Position numbers and translations under genes: made by a program
Assembly: GCF_001194135.2 (NCBI RefSeq)
Contig: NC_068983.1
Coordinates: 57,963,135 to 58,027,134, forward strand
Origin: Octopus bimaculoides
Lineage: Eukaryota
Reading direction: 5' to 3'
DNA length: 64,000 nucleotides
The notes under the pieces: model-generated
The model's database searches: none
Seen by the model: the letters and a program-made list of their open reading frames with translations, nothing else
What the model was told of the DNA's origin: nothing
Part shown: piece after piece, positions 1 to 12,838 of the stretch
Layout of the letters: each line of letters opens with the position of its first letter
Position numbering within the stretch: the first letter of the stretch is position 1

Positions 1-190
1 ACTTTTTACTTGCCACTGGCACAGGTGCCAGTCAGCAGCCCTGGCAACGATCACGCTCACATGGTGCTTTTAACTTTCCACTGGCATGAGTGCCAATCAG
101 GTGTTACTGTCATCGCCCACGTCAGCGATTTTAATTTCAATTGCCTCAACAGGTCTGTGCAAACAAAGTTCATTGTCCAATGAATGAAGG
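1..190 (-). mobile_element. RTE LINE 3' UTR fragment, running off the window start
   Basis: Reverse complement matches the UTR at 820-1100 (CCTTCATTGGAC...GACCTGTTGAGGCAA...GAAAT and GCCAGTGGCA-type units). Confidence 0.8.
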
Positions 191-289
191 GTGCTTATAA
201 TGGGCTGGTTATGCTTTGAAATGACTAAATATGAACTGCTATTGGATCTTACACACCATGTACTTTTTTACCACTTCTATACACCATTT

Positions 290-1463
290 TCCTCGAATAA
301 TGGAACTGCTACTACAGAGTAAACGGTAGACTGTATGATGCATGTGTACGAACAGCCATGCTACATGGCAGTGAAACATGGGCCGTGACTGCTGAGAACA
401 TGTGTAAGCTCACAAGAAGTGAAACCAGTATGTCCAATGGATGTGTAATGTCAGTGTGCATACTCGTCAGTGTGCATACTCGTCAGTGTGCATACTCGTC
501 AGAGTGTAAGTACCTTGAGAGAAAAGTTGGACCTAAGAAGCAAGAGAGATGTTGCGCTGGTATGGTCATGTGGCGAGAATGGATGAGGATAGCTGTGGGA
601 AAAAGTTCCACACCCTAGCAGTTGAGGGAACCTGTGGAAGAGGTAGACTCAGGAAACCCCGGGATGAGGTGGTGAAGCATGACCTTCGAACTTTAGGCCT
701 CACTGAGGCAATGACTAGTGACCGAGACCTTTGGAAATATGCTGTGCATGAGAAGAACCAGCAAACCAAGTGAGACCATAACCCATGGCCTTTGCCAAGG
801 GTGTAGCCAGCCCAATTATGCATACCTTTCCTTCATTGGACACTAAAGTCTGTTTGCAAAGACCTGTTGAGGCAAATGAAATCGAAATCAAACCAAATTT
901 GACGACTGGCATCCATGCCAACCTTTCCTTCATTGGACACTAAACTCTGCTTGTGAAACCCTGTTGGGGCAAGTGAAATCGAAATCATTATTGAACCAAA
1001 GTCGATGAATGACACTCGTGTCAGTGGGGCACTAACAGTACCATCCGAGTGTGATCATTGCCAGAGCAGCTGTCAGGATGGTGGCATGTAAAAGGCACTC
1101 TTCAAGCGTGATTGTTACCAACGTCACCTTACTGGCATTTGTGCCGGTGGCATGTTAAAAAAACATTCGAACGAGGTCGTTGCCAGTGCCGCTGGACTGA
1201 CTCCTGTGCAGGTGGCATGTAAAAACACCATTTGAGTGTGGCCATTGCCAGAACTGCCTGACAGGCCCTCGTGCTGGTGGCACATAAAAGCACCCACTAC
1301 TCTCTCGGAGTGGTTGGCATTAGGAAGGGTATCCAGCTGTACAAACTCTGCCAAATCAGACTGGAGCCTAGTGCAGTCATCTGGTTCACCAGCCCTCAGT
1401 CAAACCGTCCAACCTATGCTAGTATGAAAAGCGGACATTAAACGTTGATGATGATGATGATGA
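290..1463 (+). mobile_element. 5'-truncated RTE-clade LINE: decayed ORF C-terminus, full 3' UTR and (GAT)n tail
   Basis: Peptides GRLYDACVRTAMLHGSETWAV and LRWYGHVARMDEDSC...GRGRLRKP...DRDLWK (stop at 773) are typical RTE C-terminal motifs. They run directly into a UTR with ~65-bp repeats that ends CGGACATTAAACG(TTG)ATGATGATG. Confidence 0.9.
450..502 (+). repeat. 16-bp tandem triplication inside the RTE ORF
   Basis: GTCAGTGTGCATACTC starts at 450, 466 and 482, with a partial copy at 498. Confidence 0.9.
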
Positions 1464-2693
1464 TTACAGGTCGATGATTTGTAATATAACCTGGTATTTC
1501 TATATTTTAGTGTTCTAACCCTTTCTTCAGGATACCTATAGAGAAAAGGTGTTAAAAGGTGGTTAACATTTCAGTTTTTGTCTACCAATTCCCCTAACAG
1601 TGTTCATCAGAATGTGGCTGTAGAAGAAGATAGTTGCCAAGGTAACATGCAATGGAACTTGACTAGCAACAATATGGTCTGGTCATGTAGTATATTTGCT
1701 AACTACAAACCGGTGCTGGTTCCATGTAAAAATTATCCAAGCACACAAAACGTACGTGTGTTGGTGACATCTAAAAGTACCTGTGGTGGTTTCACTTCAA
1801 GAGCGCTTGTGCTGGTTCCACATAAAAGAAAAAAAAAACACCTGTGTTGGTGCCATGTATGAAGCAACCATGCTGGTGCCACATGAAAAGCACCTAGTAC
1901 ACTTTATGAAGTGGTTGGCATTCGGTAGTGGCATCAGAGGTTGGAAAGCTTACCAAATCAGACGACTGGAACCTGGTGCAGTCTTCAGCTTGCCAGATCC
2001 TGTCAAACCATCGTTCCTATGCCAGCATAGAAAATAGACCTTACTGATGATGATGGTGGTGGTGGTAGTGATGATGATGAGGATGAGGAGGAGGAATGGA
2101 ATGACAGCCATGACTATACTAGTATGCGTGCATGCACAGGTGAGCATGTTTGTATATGTATGTAAGTTATGTGCATCTGTGTGTGCATGCTTGCATCTGT
2201 GTATGTCTTTATATAATTGACACAACACTGCTGTTGCAGTTTTGCTATTCTCACACATACACGCACCGCTCATGCACACACACATACAGAACACACCCAC
2301 ACAAATAAACCAAGGTTGTGATATTGATTACGTAATGCACAACACAAAATTTACAAAATGCAGTGGATTTTGGTAGTAATTAGATCCAAAACGAAAGTGT
2401 TCCTAGTTAATTAAAAATATATCTAATGGTTGCTTATAATTCAATTCTAATTTACGCTCATGATAATTTAATATGCCATTGACTGGGAATTTTACCTTTA
2501 AAAATTAAAATTTTAAAGCAGCTTATTGCCCAAATTAATAATAAGCTGTGTGTAGAAGCAGTTCTCAAAACAAGCATAATTTATTACATGTTGCCTATAT
2601 GCATGTTTGTATAAGCATGCATATATGTGTATACATGTGTGTGTGTATGTGTGTGTGTGTGCATAAATAGATATATATGTATATGTATATGTA

Positions 2694-2747
<54 letters not shown>

Positions 2748-2904
2748 TATATACTTGTGTGTGTGTGTATATATACATATATGTATATACACACACACAC
2801 ACATATATATATACACATATATATGTGTGTGTGTGCATGTATCTATATACATATATGTATATACACACACATATATACATACATATATAAACATATATAT
2901 AAAT

Positions 2905-3130
2905 ATATATTATCATCATCATCATCATCATTATTTTCCATGCTGGCATTGGTTGGATGGCTGAACCAGAGCTGGAAAACCATAGAACTACACCAGGTTC
3001 CATTGTCTGATATAACATGGTTTCTACAGCTGGATGCCCTTCCTAACATCAAACACTTTACAGTGTGTAGTGGATACTTTTAATGTGGCATCGGCCCGAG
3101 CGCCACTGTGTGGCACCAGCACAAGTACTT
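2905..3130 (-). mobile_element. RTE 3' UTR/tail copy
   Basis: (CAT)n followed by TTTTCCATGCTGGCATTGGTTGGA...CTACAGCTGGATGCCCTTCCTAAC, the reverse complement of the 290-1463 tail. Confidence 0.75.
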
Positions 3131-3380
3131 TTCAATTGGCACTGACACAAGGCTTTCACAAACTATTCCTCTTCACCAGAGGAACTAACCTTAACACAGC
3201 TTTGGTCAGCTTGGCGCCATAGTATAACACGCTTGCAGTGAAACTAATTTTATACAGTGAAACTAATTTCAAAACTAAGTGAATGGAAAGTGCATGCCTC
3301 AGGAAATAATAACTATCTTTGAATTTGTATTGCAAAATATATTCAGGGTCCTATCTTGTGCAAATATATATAAATTGAAA

Positions 3381-3596
3381 GGCAGCAAGCTGGCAGAAAT
3401 GTTAGTACACCGGGCAAAATGCTTAGCGGTATTTCGTTTGCTGTTACGTTCTGATTTCAAATTCCGCTGAGGTCGACTTTGCCTTTCATCCTTTTGGGGT
3501 CAATAAATCAACTACCAGTTGTGTACTGGGGTCGATCTAATCGACTGGTCTGCTCCCTAAAAATTTTGGGCCTTATGCCTAGAGTAGAAAAGAATA
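3381..3596 (+). mobile_element. SINE family B
   Basis: GGCAGCAAGCTGGCAGAAATGTTAG head, central GAGGTCGACTTTGCCTTTCATCCTTTTGGGGTCAATAAAT block, tail GCCTAGAGTAGAAAAG. More than 12 copies in the window. Confidence 0.85.
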
Positions 3597-3983
3597 TATA
3601 TAAATTGAGATACCTAAGTATATACCCAAATCTGTATACGAGACAGATGTGTAGAAAGTTTGGCAGTACTATTATAGTTCATATAACATCTAAACATGGG
3701 TATGGCAATTTGCAGGGGCCACAGCTGTGTGGTTAAGGAGTTTGCTTTGGAATTTTATTGTTTTGTGTTCTGTCCCACTGTGTGGTATCTTAGGCAAGTG
3801 TCTCTAGCTATAGCTCCTGGCCAACCAAAGCCTTGTGAGAGCATTTGGGTGACAGAAATTCAACAGTAGATTGTTGTATACATACATGTGTGTGGATATG
3901 TGTTTGTATGTGTGTGAAATATGTTTATGCATAAAATGGTTATTCTTACAGACAGCATTATAATTATTCAACTTACAATAACA

Positions 3984-4705
3984 GGTGTGGCTGTGTGGTA
4001 AGAAGCTTGCTTCCCAACTACATGGTTCTGGGTTCAGTCCCACTGCATGACACCTTGGGCAAGTGTCTTCTACTATAGGCTCAGGCTGACTAAAGCCTTG
4101 TAAGTGGATTTAGTAGATGGAAACTGAAAGAAGTTCAAGCACCATTCGAGCATGGATTGATGTTAGTACCGTGTCACTGGCTCTCCATGCTGGTGGCATG
4201 TAAAAAGCACCTTGCAAATGTGGTCAATGCCAGTGCTGCTTGACTGGTTCCCATGCTGGTGACATGTAAAAAGCACCCACAACACTCTCAGAGTGGTTGG
4301 CATTAAGAAGGGCATTCAGCTGTAGAAACTCTGCCAGATCAGATTGGAGCCTGGTGCAGCCTACTGGCTTTCCAATCCCAGTCAAACTGTCCAACCCATG
4401 CCAGCATGGAAAGTGGACGTTAAACGATTATGATGATGATGATGATGGTGTATAAGTGTGTGTGTGTGTGTGTGTGTGCGTACCTTTGTATATGTGTTTA
4501 TCCTCCACTACCACTTGACAACTGGTGCTGGTGTGTTTACATCCCTGTAACTTAGCAGTTATGTAAAAGAGACCCATAAAATAAGTAACAGACTTAGTTT
4601 TTTTTTAAAAGTACTGGGGTTGAATCATCCAACTAAAATTTCTTCAAGGTGGAGCCCCAGCATGGCCACAGCTTAGTAACTGAAACAAGTAAAAAATAAG
4701 AAAAG
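3984..4705 (+). mobile_element. SINE family A with an RTE 3' UTR copy nested at about 4140-4445
   Basis: A-family head (GGTGTGGCTGTGTGGTAAG...GGTTCAGTCCCA...CACCTTGGGCAAGTG) and A-family tail (CCAGCATGGCC...CTGAAACAAGTAAAA) flank an RTE UTR that ends in (GAT)n. Confidence 0.8.
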
Positions 4706-5930
4706 ATACACAAAAGTTTATTCTTACAGACAGCATGATAAATATTCAATTTACAGTAACTAGAAATTTCCAAAATGGCTGACACAATTCTGCGTTTGAA
4801 AAGGAAACAAACATTTTTCTCTTCCAGTTTATAATTTTCTTTCTTAATGCTCTAACCTAACCATTCCCCTTTCACCTACAGACACGATCACATGGAGACT
4901 TCAATTCTAATTTTCTCTATAAATTTTGACAATCATAATATTTTAGTTTGTTTAGTAATTTTATTATTGGCACAAATTGAATTTATATAGATTATTTCTT
5001 CCTCACCAACACCCCATCTTTCTCTCTCTCACTCTCTGTATCTCTTGTTGCTCCTCCCCCTCTCTCTATCTTTGTATATATGTGTGTGTATAATATATAT
5101 TTATTTATATNNNNNNNNNNNNNNNNNNNNNNNNNNNNNNNNNNNNNNNNNNNNNNNNNNNNNNNNNNNNNNNNNNNNNNNNNNNTATATATATATATAT
5201 ATATGTCTTTTTCTCTTTCTGTCACTATCTCTCTCTCCCGATGTTTTTCTCTCCTTGTCTCTCCCTCTCTCTCTCTCTTTATGTCTCCTTCTCTGTCTAT
5301 CTCTCTCTTTCTATCTCCCTTTCTCTTATACTCTCTCCCTTGCTCCTCCTTTAACAAATGCTGTAACAAGCTCAAGAAAATAAAACATCATTATTTTTTA
5401 TGTAAAATAATAAAATATGATCATAGCATATTAAATTCTTACACAGGACCTGTCAACATATGGTACATATTCTCAAACAAATTTTTCGTTTTAAAATGAG
5501 ATAGCTGTCACAAAATGATGCACAACTTTCAACTGAAAAGCAAAAAACAAAAAAACACAAACAAAAAGACAACAGATACAGAAATATACAATACAACAAA
5601 AATACAAACCCCACAAACAGAAACAACAAAAATTTACACAAAACTGGAAATTTTACTGTCATCACATTTTGAAAATAAGGCAGAATAATGTCAGTAGAAA
5701 ATGAGGTCTTTATTATAAGTTTAAGAGCTGGGGCAAGGGTGGGTTCTATTCGATTTGGTGCTGACAGTTTATTAATTTTCTTGTTTTTGACTTCGGTTTG
5801 TTTTGTTTAATGTCTAGGGTTAGGGATAAGATAAAGAAATATGCATGTGTGAGTGTATATATATGTATATGACAAACATGTATACATTTATATACATATG
5901 TATGTGCGTGTATGCATATCTTTATCTATG

Positions 5931-5994
<64 letters not shown>

Positions 5995-6091
5995 AGAGTA
6001 AGCACATAAATGCGAAACAAGGTGGAAAATATAGTACTCGAATACCAGAGGTAGAGTAATATGCTTTATTAAAAAGCAGTAAAAATATCAC

Positions 6092-6137
6092 AAAACTGTT
6101 ACTCGGAGTTTCATGGTCCTGCTCGTCAGAGAGTTTT
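6092..6137 (-). ncRNA. Minimal type I hammerhead ribozyme motif (core intact, stem II degenerate)
   Basis: AAAACTCT-CTGACGA-GCAGGACCAT-GAAAC-TCCGA-GTA-ACAGTTTT; stem I has one mismatch. Confidence 0.6.
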
Positions 6138-6143
6138 GTTTAG

Positions 6144-6189
6144 AAACTCTCTGCTGACTGGGATTGTGGAACTCTGAGTAACAGTTTTT
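6144..6189 (+). ncRNA. Degenerate hammerhead motif (inverted partner of 6092-6137)
   Basis: AAACTCT-CTGCTGA-CTGGGATTGT-GGAAC-TCTGA-GTA-ACAGTTTT; the core is mutated, so probably inactive. Confidence 0.4.
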
Positions 6190-6961
6190 GTGATATTTTT
6201 GCTGCTTTTTAATGAAGTATATATATATATATGTTCTTTCTTTTTTTAATTCTTTCATTTGTTTCAATCATTTGACTGCAGCCATGCTAGAGCACTGCCT
6301 TTAGTCAAACAAATCAACACCAGGACTTATTCTTTGTCACAATATGATCAAAACTAGTCTCACTCACCTCTTCCTCTCACTAACTGTTACATTTAAGATC
6401 CTTCTTTTCCTTCTTCTTCCCCTCCCTATGTTTTAAAATTTACTTCGCATCTAGCTTGTCTGTTACAACTTCTATATGTATACACCAAGTGATTTTTGCA
6501 TGCGAGCATGGCTGCATACATATATGTACATGTGTATATGTGCATTTGTGTGTATATTTCCGTCTTACATATATATGTCTGTATATGTATGTAGTCTGTG
6601 TACATCCATATTTGTCTTTTGATGTATATATGTATATTATAGATGGTTTAGTATGCACATATCTGCTGTAAAATATTTATGTAATGCAGCATGAATATTT
6701 TAATTTGAACTTTTAATGCATTAATTGAATTATATTTGGTATATAATTATTTGCAATAAGTATTTTGAATCCACTCTTCAATTTAAGGTTTCCCTCGATT
6801 TTTATAATAGGATGAATTAATATTGAATTCATTTATTTTGTTTATTTTGTTCATTGCATACTTAAAACTGTTAATTGAAAGGACCAATGAAATAAATCCA
6901 TTTTTTAAAGATGTATCCTTTAACTAGTTTTGATTATATCGTTATTTCTGTTCCATTTTAA

Positions 6962-7009
6962 CAAAACTGTCCGACGAATGGGAAAGTGAAACTCTGAGTA
7001 ACATTTTGT
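6962..7009 (+). ncRNA. Hammerhead motif, third copy of the same family
   Basis: CAAAACTGT-CCGACGA-ATGGGAAAGT-GAAAC-TCTGA-GTA-ACATTTTG; U4 is replaced by C in the core. Confidence 0.5.
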
Positions 7010-7380
7010 TATATTTCTGCTGCTTTTAAATAAAGTATATATGTATGTATTTATGTGCATATATATATACCTGGAAATGGATGTGTTGTGTTCAATTAAA
7101 TAATAAATAATATATATATTATATATTATTTAATATTTTTAATTGAAAGTAACACATCCACTTCCAAATAAGTTTATCTCCATCTTTTTCATGCCACTCT
7201 CTACTCTATACCGTTTTCTTCCTCCATCCTTCTCTAAATCCCTTTTTCTACCCCTCTCCCCTTCACCGTTTTCTGTCTATCTCTCTCTCTCCCTCTTTCT
7301 CTTTTTCTCTCTCTCCCCTCTTGCTCTTTTTCTCTCTCACTCCTTCTCTTTTTTTTTTCTCTCTCTCTTATGTTGCTAAC

Positions 7381-8060
7381 CTTGTTTCAGCTTAGAGCTA
7401 CAGCCATGTTGATGCACCGCCGTTTTGCTACACTGTTATTACTCAGAGGCTCCTCCAACATGTGGCACTTGGTGAAGAATGGAGTTTGATGTAGCTACCC
7501 TCATTTGCACCTCTTGCCATGAGGTAGGTTCATCTGGGACTCTCGACAAGATGAGGTCCAGCCTTGATTTAAAAATGCCTACTCCTACTTTGTGCAGGTT
7601 CCTCAGGCTCTTTGGGAGAATATTAAAAAGCTGTGGGCCCCTGAAACCCAGGCTGTTGTAGTAACTGGTTCTGAAATGCGATGGCTTTGCTGGGATCTTT
7701 GGCACTATGCAGTGTCATCCCGTTCTGGCTTTGGTGTAGCTTTCAATGTCAAAATTTGGCACAGTTCCTTCCAGGATCTTCCAGATGTATATTACTGCAT
7801 ACCTCTCCTGCCTTCTCTCCAGGGAGTAGAGTCTTAGCTGTTTCAGCCTTTCCCTGTAGCTGAACAGTTGCAAAGAGACAATCATCTTTGTGAATCTTCT
7901 CTGGATTGCTTCAAGGTCCTCTGTTAGTTTTACACTGTTGGATGACCAGACCAATGGCATACAACTTACAACCAAGTGGAGAATAATGGAGAAATCTATG
8001 TCATATGTAAATGGATCTGCAAGATGCATTGTATTCATGGCTAAAAGAACACACATTCAG
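7381..8060 (-). mobile_element. CR1/L2-type LINE 3' end (RT C-terminus and 3' UTR), decayed
   Basis: ORFs 7715-8056 and 7439-7705 give LEAIQRRFTKMI...SYRERLKQLRLYSLERRQERY...IWKIL and RGPQLFNILPKSLRNL...FKSRLD, which are typical CR1-group C-terminal motifs. Confidence 0.88.
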
Positions 8061-8430
8061 AATCTCATTTTTTCCAGCTGAGTGGATTGGAGCAATGTGA
8101 AATAAAATGTCTTGCTCAAGAACACAATGTGCTGCCATTTGTCAAACTCACAACCTATTCACTATGCCACAACTTAAGTCATTTGCTAGGAGATCACTGA
8201 AAGGAGTCTCAGGGAGTAGTGTCCCTGCCTTCCTGAGTTAGTTTTCCGTTACATTTCTTAAAAATTGTGGTAGAGACCTCGGTCACATAACCACTCATGT
8301 CTAGAAACTGAGGTGGAGGGTAAGCAAGGACATGCTCCCAGTAGAAAATCCAGCTCTGAAAAAGCCTCATGACAATAGCAAAGAAACTCGGGCAACCTCA
8401 CACAACCAATTCACTTAGCCACAACATCAT

Positions 8431-8735
8431 CATCATCATCATTGTTTAACATCCGCTTTACATGTTAGCGTGGGTTGGACGATTTGACTGTGGACTGGCA
8501 AACCAGATGGCTACACCAGGCTCCAATCTGATCTGGCAGAGTTTCTACAGCTGGATGCCCTTCCTAACGCCAACCACTCTGAGAGTGAAGTGGGTGCTTT
8601 TACATGCCACTGGCACGAAGGCCAGTCAGGAGGTACTGGCAATGGCCATGCTCAAAATGGTGTATTTTACGTGCCACCTGCATGGTGTATTTTACATGCC
8701 ACCTGCACAGGAGCCAGTCCAGCGGTACTGGCAAT
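8431..8735 (-). mobile_element. RTE 3' UTR copy
   Basis: (CAT)n-GTTTAACATCCGCTT...GGATGCCCTTCCTAACGCCAACC followed by the repeat units. Confidence 0.85.
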
Positions 8736-9678
8736 GAACGACCTAAGCAAAATATGAAAAAGCAAAGATTAAGAAGGCAGACATGGTTAAAGTTAGGTTT
8801 TATCAGTTTCAATGATGTAATTTACGAGTTTTACCATTTAAATGAAAATGCAAGTTACAGCAGCATATTCAGTATCCGCTTCATTAGCACGTGCAAGTCT
8901 GAAAACAAAGTATTTTATGTTGGAAAACTGGGTACATTATTCAGAGTTTTAATTTTAAAACAGTTAAAGAGTTATTTCCTTTGTTACTTTTGATAAAAAT
9001 TATCATTAACACTAATGAATTTTCTTTTTTTTTTTTTTGCATCACACTTGATATTTTGATGAAAAGGATTTTATTTCACAATGTATGCTATTCCATATTC
9101 AATTATATTGTATTTTTTTTCTCCTTGGTAACATAATTATGCTAGCTTTAGTTTGTTTGATAAAAACTGGTTCTATGCATTCTTCACAGTTAAATGGTTA
9201 GCAATGGTGAAACCATTCACCAGTAAAAACAATTACTGCTCAAAAATAAAATCCTATGAGACAGCATAAGCATGGAAAACTGACAACAAAAAGTTTAAAT
9301 TAAAAATGAATAGAAAATAGTAGAAAAAATTTGTCTTTCTGTAATTAGTAGAATATTCAAAATGAAAGTAACAGCCTTGAAGAGCTTTGAAAGAGTATAT
9401 ACATACTGTAGTCCGAAGGTATATGGTGTATAATAGAAATGAATATATCATCTTTATTTTTTATCTTTTACCTGTTTCAATCATTGGACTGCAGCCATGC
9501 TGGGGCACTGTTTTCAAGACTTTTAGTTGAATGAGCTGATACCAGCACCTGTTATGTTGTAAGCTTGGTATTTATTTTGCTAGTATCTTTTGCTGAACTG
9601 CTAGGTTACAGAAACATAAACATACCAACACTGATTATGAAGTGGTGGTAGTGATGGTGGTGGAAACGTAGGCACAAT

Positions 9679-9728
<50 letters not shown>

Positions 9729-10205
9729 GAGTATACAGGAAATGGAGAAATATTGATGAACAACGATTGGCTTGCATCAATTATTTTTCATTAATTCAAT
9801 ACAAATAGACTGCATCCCATCTAACAGCTGTTTCTGCATCCAATATTCCACAGTATTGCCATTGATATTCTAAAAATAATATTCACCATATTTGGTAATA
9901 AAACCGATCTGGAACATGGACCTTCATCAGATTGAAAAAAAAAACATACATAAAAAAAGAAAACTGGAGAGCCTAGAGAAGAAAAATTAAGGTTGAATAA
10001 GCTCTGGGGTCGATTTGCTCGACTATAAAGGCGGTGCTCCAGCNNNNNNNNNNNNNNNNNNNNNNNNNNNNNNNNNNNNNNNNNNNNNNNNNNNNNNNNN
10101 NNNNNNNNNNNNNNNNNNNNNNNNNNNNNNNNNNNNNNNNNNNNNNNNNNNNNNNNNNNNNNNNNNNNNNNNNNNNNNNNNNNNNNNNNNNNNNNNNNNN
10201 NNNNN

Positions 10206-10240
<35 letters not shown>

Positions 10241-11589
10241 GCAGGCTGCCAAATCCACTCACAAGGCATGGGTCAGGCTGGAGCTAGACACTAGACAAAG
10301 GCGTCATGCAGTGGGACTGAACCCTGAACTATGTGATTGAGAAGTGAACTTCTTGGCACACAGCCACGCCTGCACCTACAGTAGAAGCAACAGCACCTTT
10401 CTCCTCTTTCACCTCCACCTCCTCATCATCATTGATGTTGTCATCATTGTCATTGTTGTTTCACGATCTACTTTTCAATGCCTACATGGGCAAAACACAA
10501 TTCGTTGAGGAAAATTTTCTGCAACCTGACACCCTTACTGACCCAAACCGTCACCTGTTTGCAATCAAGGTAATATGTCTATTTGCCTGGACAGGATTTC
10601 ATGGACAACTGGAAATAAACGGTACCACTTGTATGACGGTAAGTATCACAACATTCACGCAATGTCAAGGACAAAGAAATACAAACTCACATTCTCATAC
10701 ACACACACACGTATACAACAGGCTTCTTTCAGTTTCTGTCACTGTATCAATAACATTTGCCAACAGCTATTTTGTAATGTTGAGATGAGAAAACACAATA
10801 CACTTATATATACGGATATATATGAATATGAGAGGCTTCTTTCAGTTTCCCTCCACTAAATCCATTTTATACCTGTTCATCCATCCATCCATCCATCTAT
10901 CAATCAGACATATTTAGAAGCATTAAACTAATACTGTTGTTGGAATTTGTCCCTATAGTGTTGTTTTCTTTTCATACTCATTGCCTAATACACGTATATA
11001 TATATATGTACACATACATATAAATATACATATAGATATACATATAAATATACATATATACATATATATATATGCTTATACATATACACACTCACACACA
11101 CACACACACACACACATATATGGCTCAAACTTCAAAGTCACAGTCAGTAATATTCTTGTCTAAGAATAATAAATTTGTACAAAAGTGTAAAATAACCCAT
11201 GTAAAATTCTATTCATTATAACTGCACATTAAAACAAACATTAAGATGTATATATATATACACACACACACACATACACATACACATTCACACACATACA
11301 CACTCATGCACACACACACATGCCCTGTTACATATATATACCTAGATAGATAGATAGATAGATAGATAGATATATATACATACATACATACATACATACA
11401 TACATGGATGGATAGAGGTTTGTGTGTGCGTGTACAATACCTATATGTGCCTGTTTTATGTCTAATATGGCTTTTATTATGATATAACATTCACTAAATA
11501 ATGTAGTGTTTAGTACAATTCGTATGAAACCAGTCTTGAACATAAATTGCACATCGACACATAGCTATGTTCTGTCCCCAGAGCTCCTT

Positions 11590-12300
11590 TAAGTGTATTT
11601 ATTGAAACAGTCACAAACGTCTCTTCATATATGATATACATGGTTGAAGAATTCATGAGAGAATTGCCAAAGTAGTTAAAAACTCGGCAGAGTTTGGCTT
11701 CAATTAAAAGTAACGAAATGGAAATATGGATAAAGCTACATAATTAAAGAGTAGTCATGTAAGAGGTTGAACACAATAACTTGCAAAAGCTTTGGAGTGT
11801 GGAAACCTTGTTATGTATGCTTGGAACATTGCATTCATAGCAAACAATAACTACACAAGATTAGAAGTCGATTTGCAAATTTACATGAAGCTAAATGCAA
11901 ACAGTATTATCAGAAATGAAATTAAAGCTTTGACCAGGTGTGATGACTCATTTAATGTAATAGGTGTATTTTGTTACCTGGGTGGCATAATTTGTGCTGC
12001 AGTTAGAAACAAACAAATGTATAGCTGCTAGGATTCCTGTTTGCACAAGGAGAATAAGGTTAAGAAAATTGATTTCGCTATTGGCAACAAAAGACTTCTC
12101 AGCTTTATGTAAAAGGCATGTGTAAATGATTTGCAAATTTGTAAGTACAGTGTTGCAAAACCATAAACCACTACCATAGAATGTATGGCCATTTTTCATC
12201 AATTAAAGAGGATTGACTGGAATATGTTCCATTGGATGCAAAACAGGAACTTACATGAAAGATTAAGTGCTAGTAAGGTAAGAACATGACTATACAATAC
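11590..12300 (+). mobile_element. Highly decayed RTE reverse-transcriptase fragment
   Basis: VIGVFCYLGGIICAAV matches VVDSFRYLGDQVSSGG at 43427-43630; downstream LLATKDFS-like sequence. Confidence 0.6.
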
Positions 12301-12594
12301 TGTGTTAGCCAATGCCTGTGAAGGAAACAATAGTTGAGTTATTGATGTAAAATTCTAGTGCTTGCTTCAGGAAAACGTTTGTTGAGTTAATGGCGGGAAG
12401 TATCTCTTGTTGGTGTTTGTGGGAAGAAAATTAAGAATGAGGTAATTAGATTAGAAGGGCCGTTGTTTTTGTAGGCTGCCTGTCAACCCTAGATAAGTTT
12501 GTAAAATTGGTAATAATAAATGAATTATGATAATTATGATGAAAGAAAAGGGATATATGCACATTGTGTGTGTGTGTGTGTGTGTTTGTGTATA

Positions 12595-12641
<47 letters not shown>

Positions 12642-12645
12642 AGAT

Positions 12646-12794
12646 AAGTGTGGCTGTGTGGTAAGAATCTTGTTTCCAAACCATATGGTTCCTGGTTCAG
12701 GCTCATTGTGTGGCACCTTGGGTAAGAGTCTTCTGCTATAGCCTTGTGAATGGATTTGGTAGGTGGAAACTAAAAGAATCCCATCGTGTATGTA

Positions 12795-12838
<44 letters not shown>

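Larger units (their letters stand above)
5992..6218. mobile_element. Palindromic Penelope-like non-autonomous repeat embedded in (TA)n
   Basis: Arms of about 70 bp (6068-6137 and 6144-6213) are inverted around TTGTTTAG. Each arm carries a hammerhead-like motif, and (TA)n lies on both sides. Confidence 0.65.

Noticed and set aside
1020-1300. Regularly spaced repeats suggestive of a CRISPR array
   Set aside because: Eukaryotic context, no unique spacers, no cas genes; these are RTE UTR tandem units.
2513-3083. Many overlapping ORFs rich in YI/HT/CV (also near 11000, 16600, 44000, 57000 and 61700)
   Set aside because: Translations of (TA)n, (CA)n and (CT)n microsatellites.
9895-9935. Minus-strand CTGATGAAGG motif
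   Set aside because: No GAAA core after the putative stem II; at most a decayed Penelope-like end.
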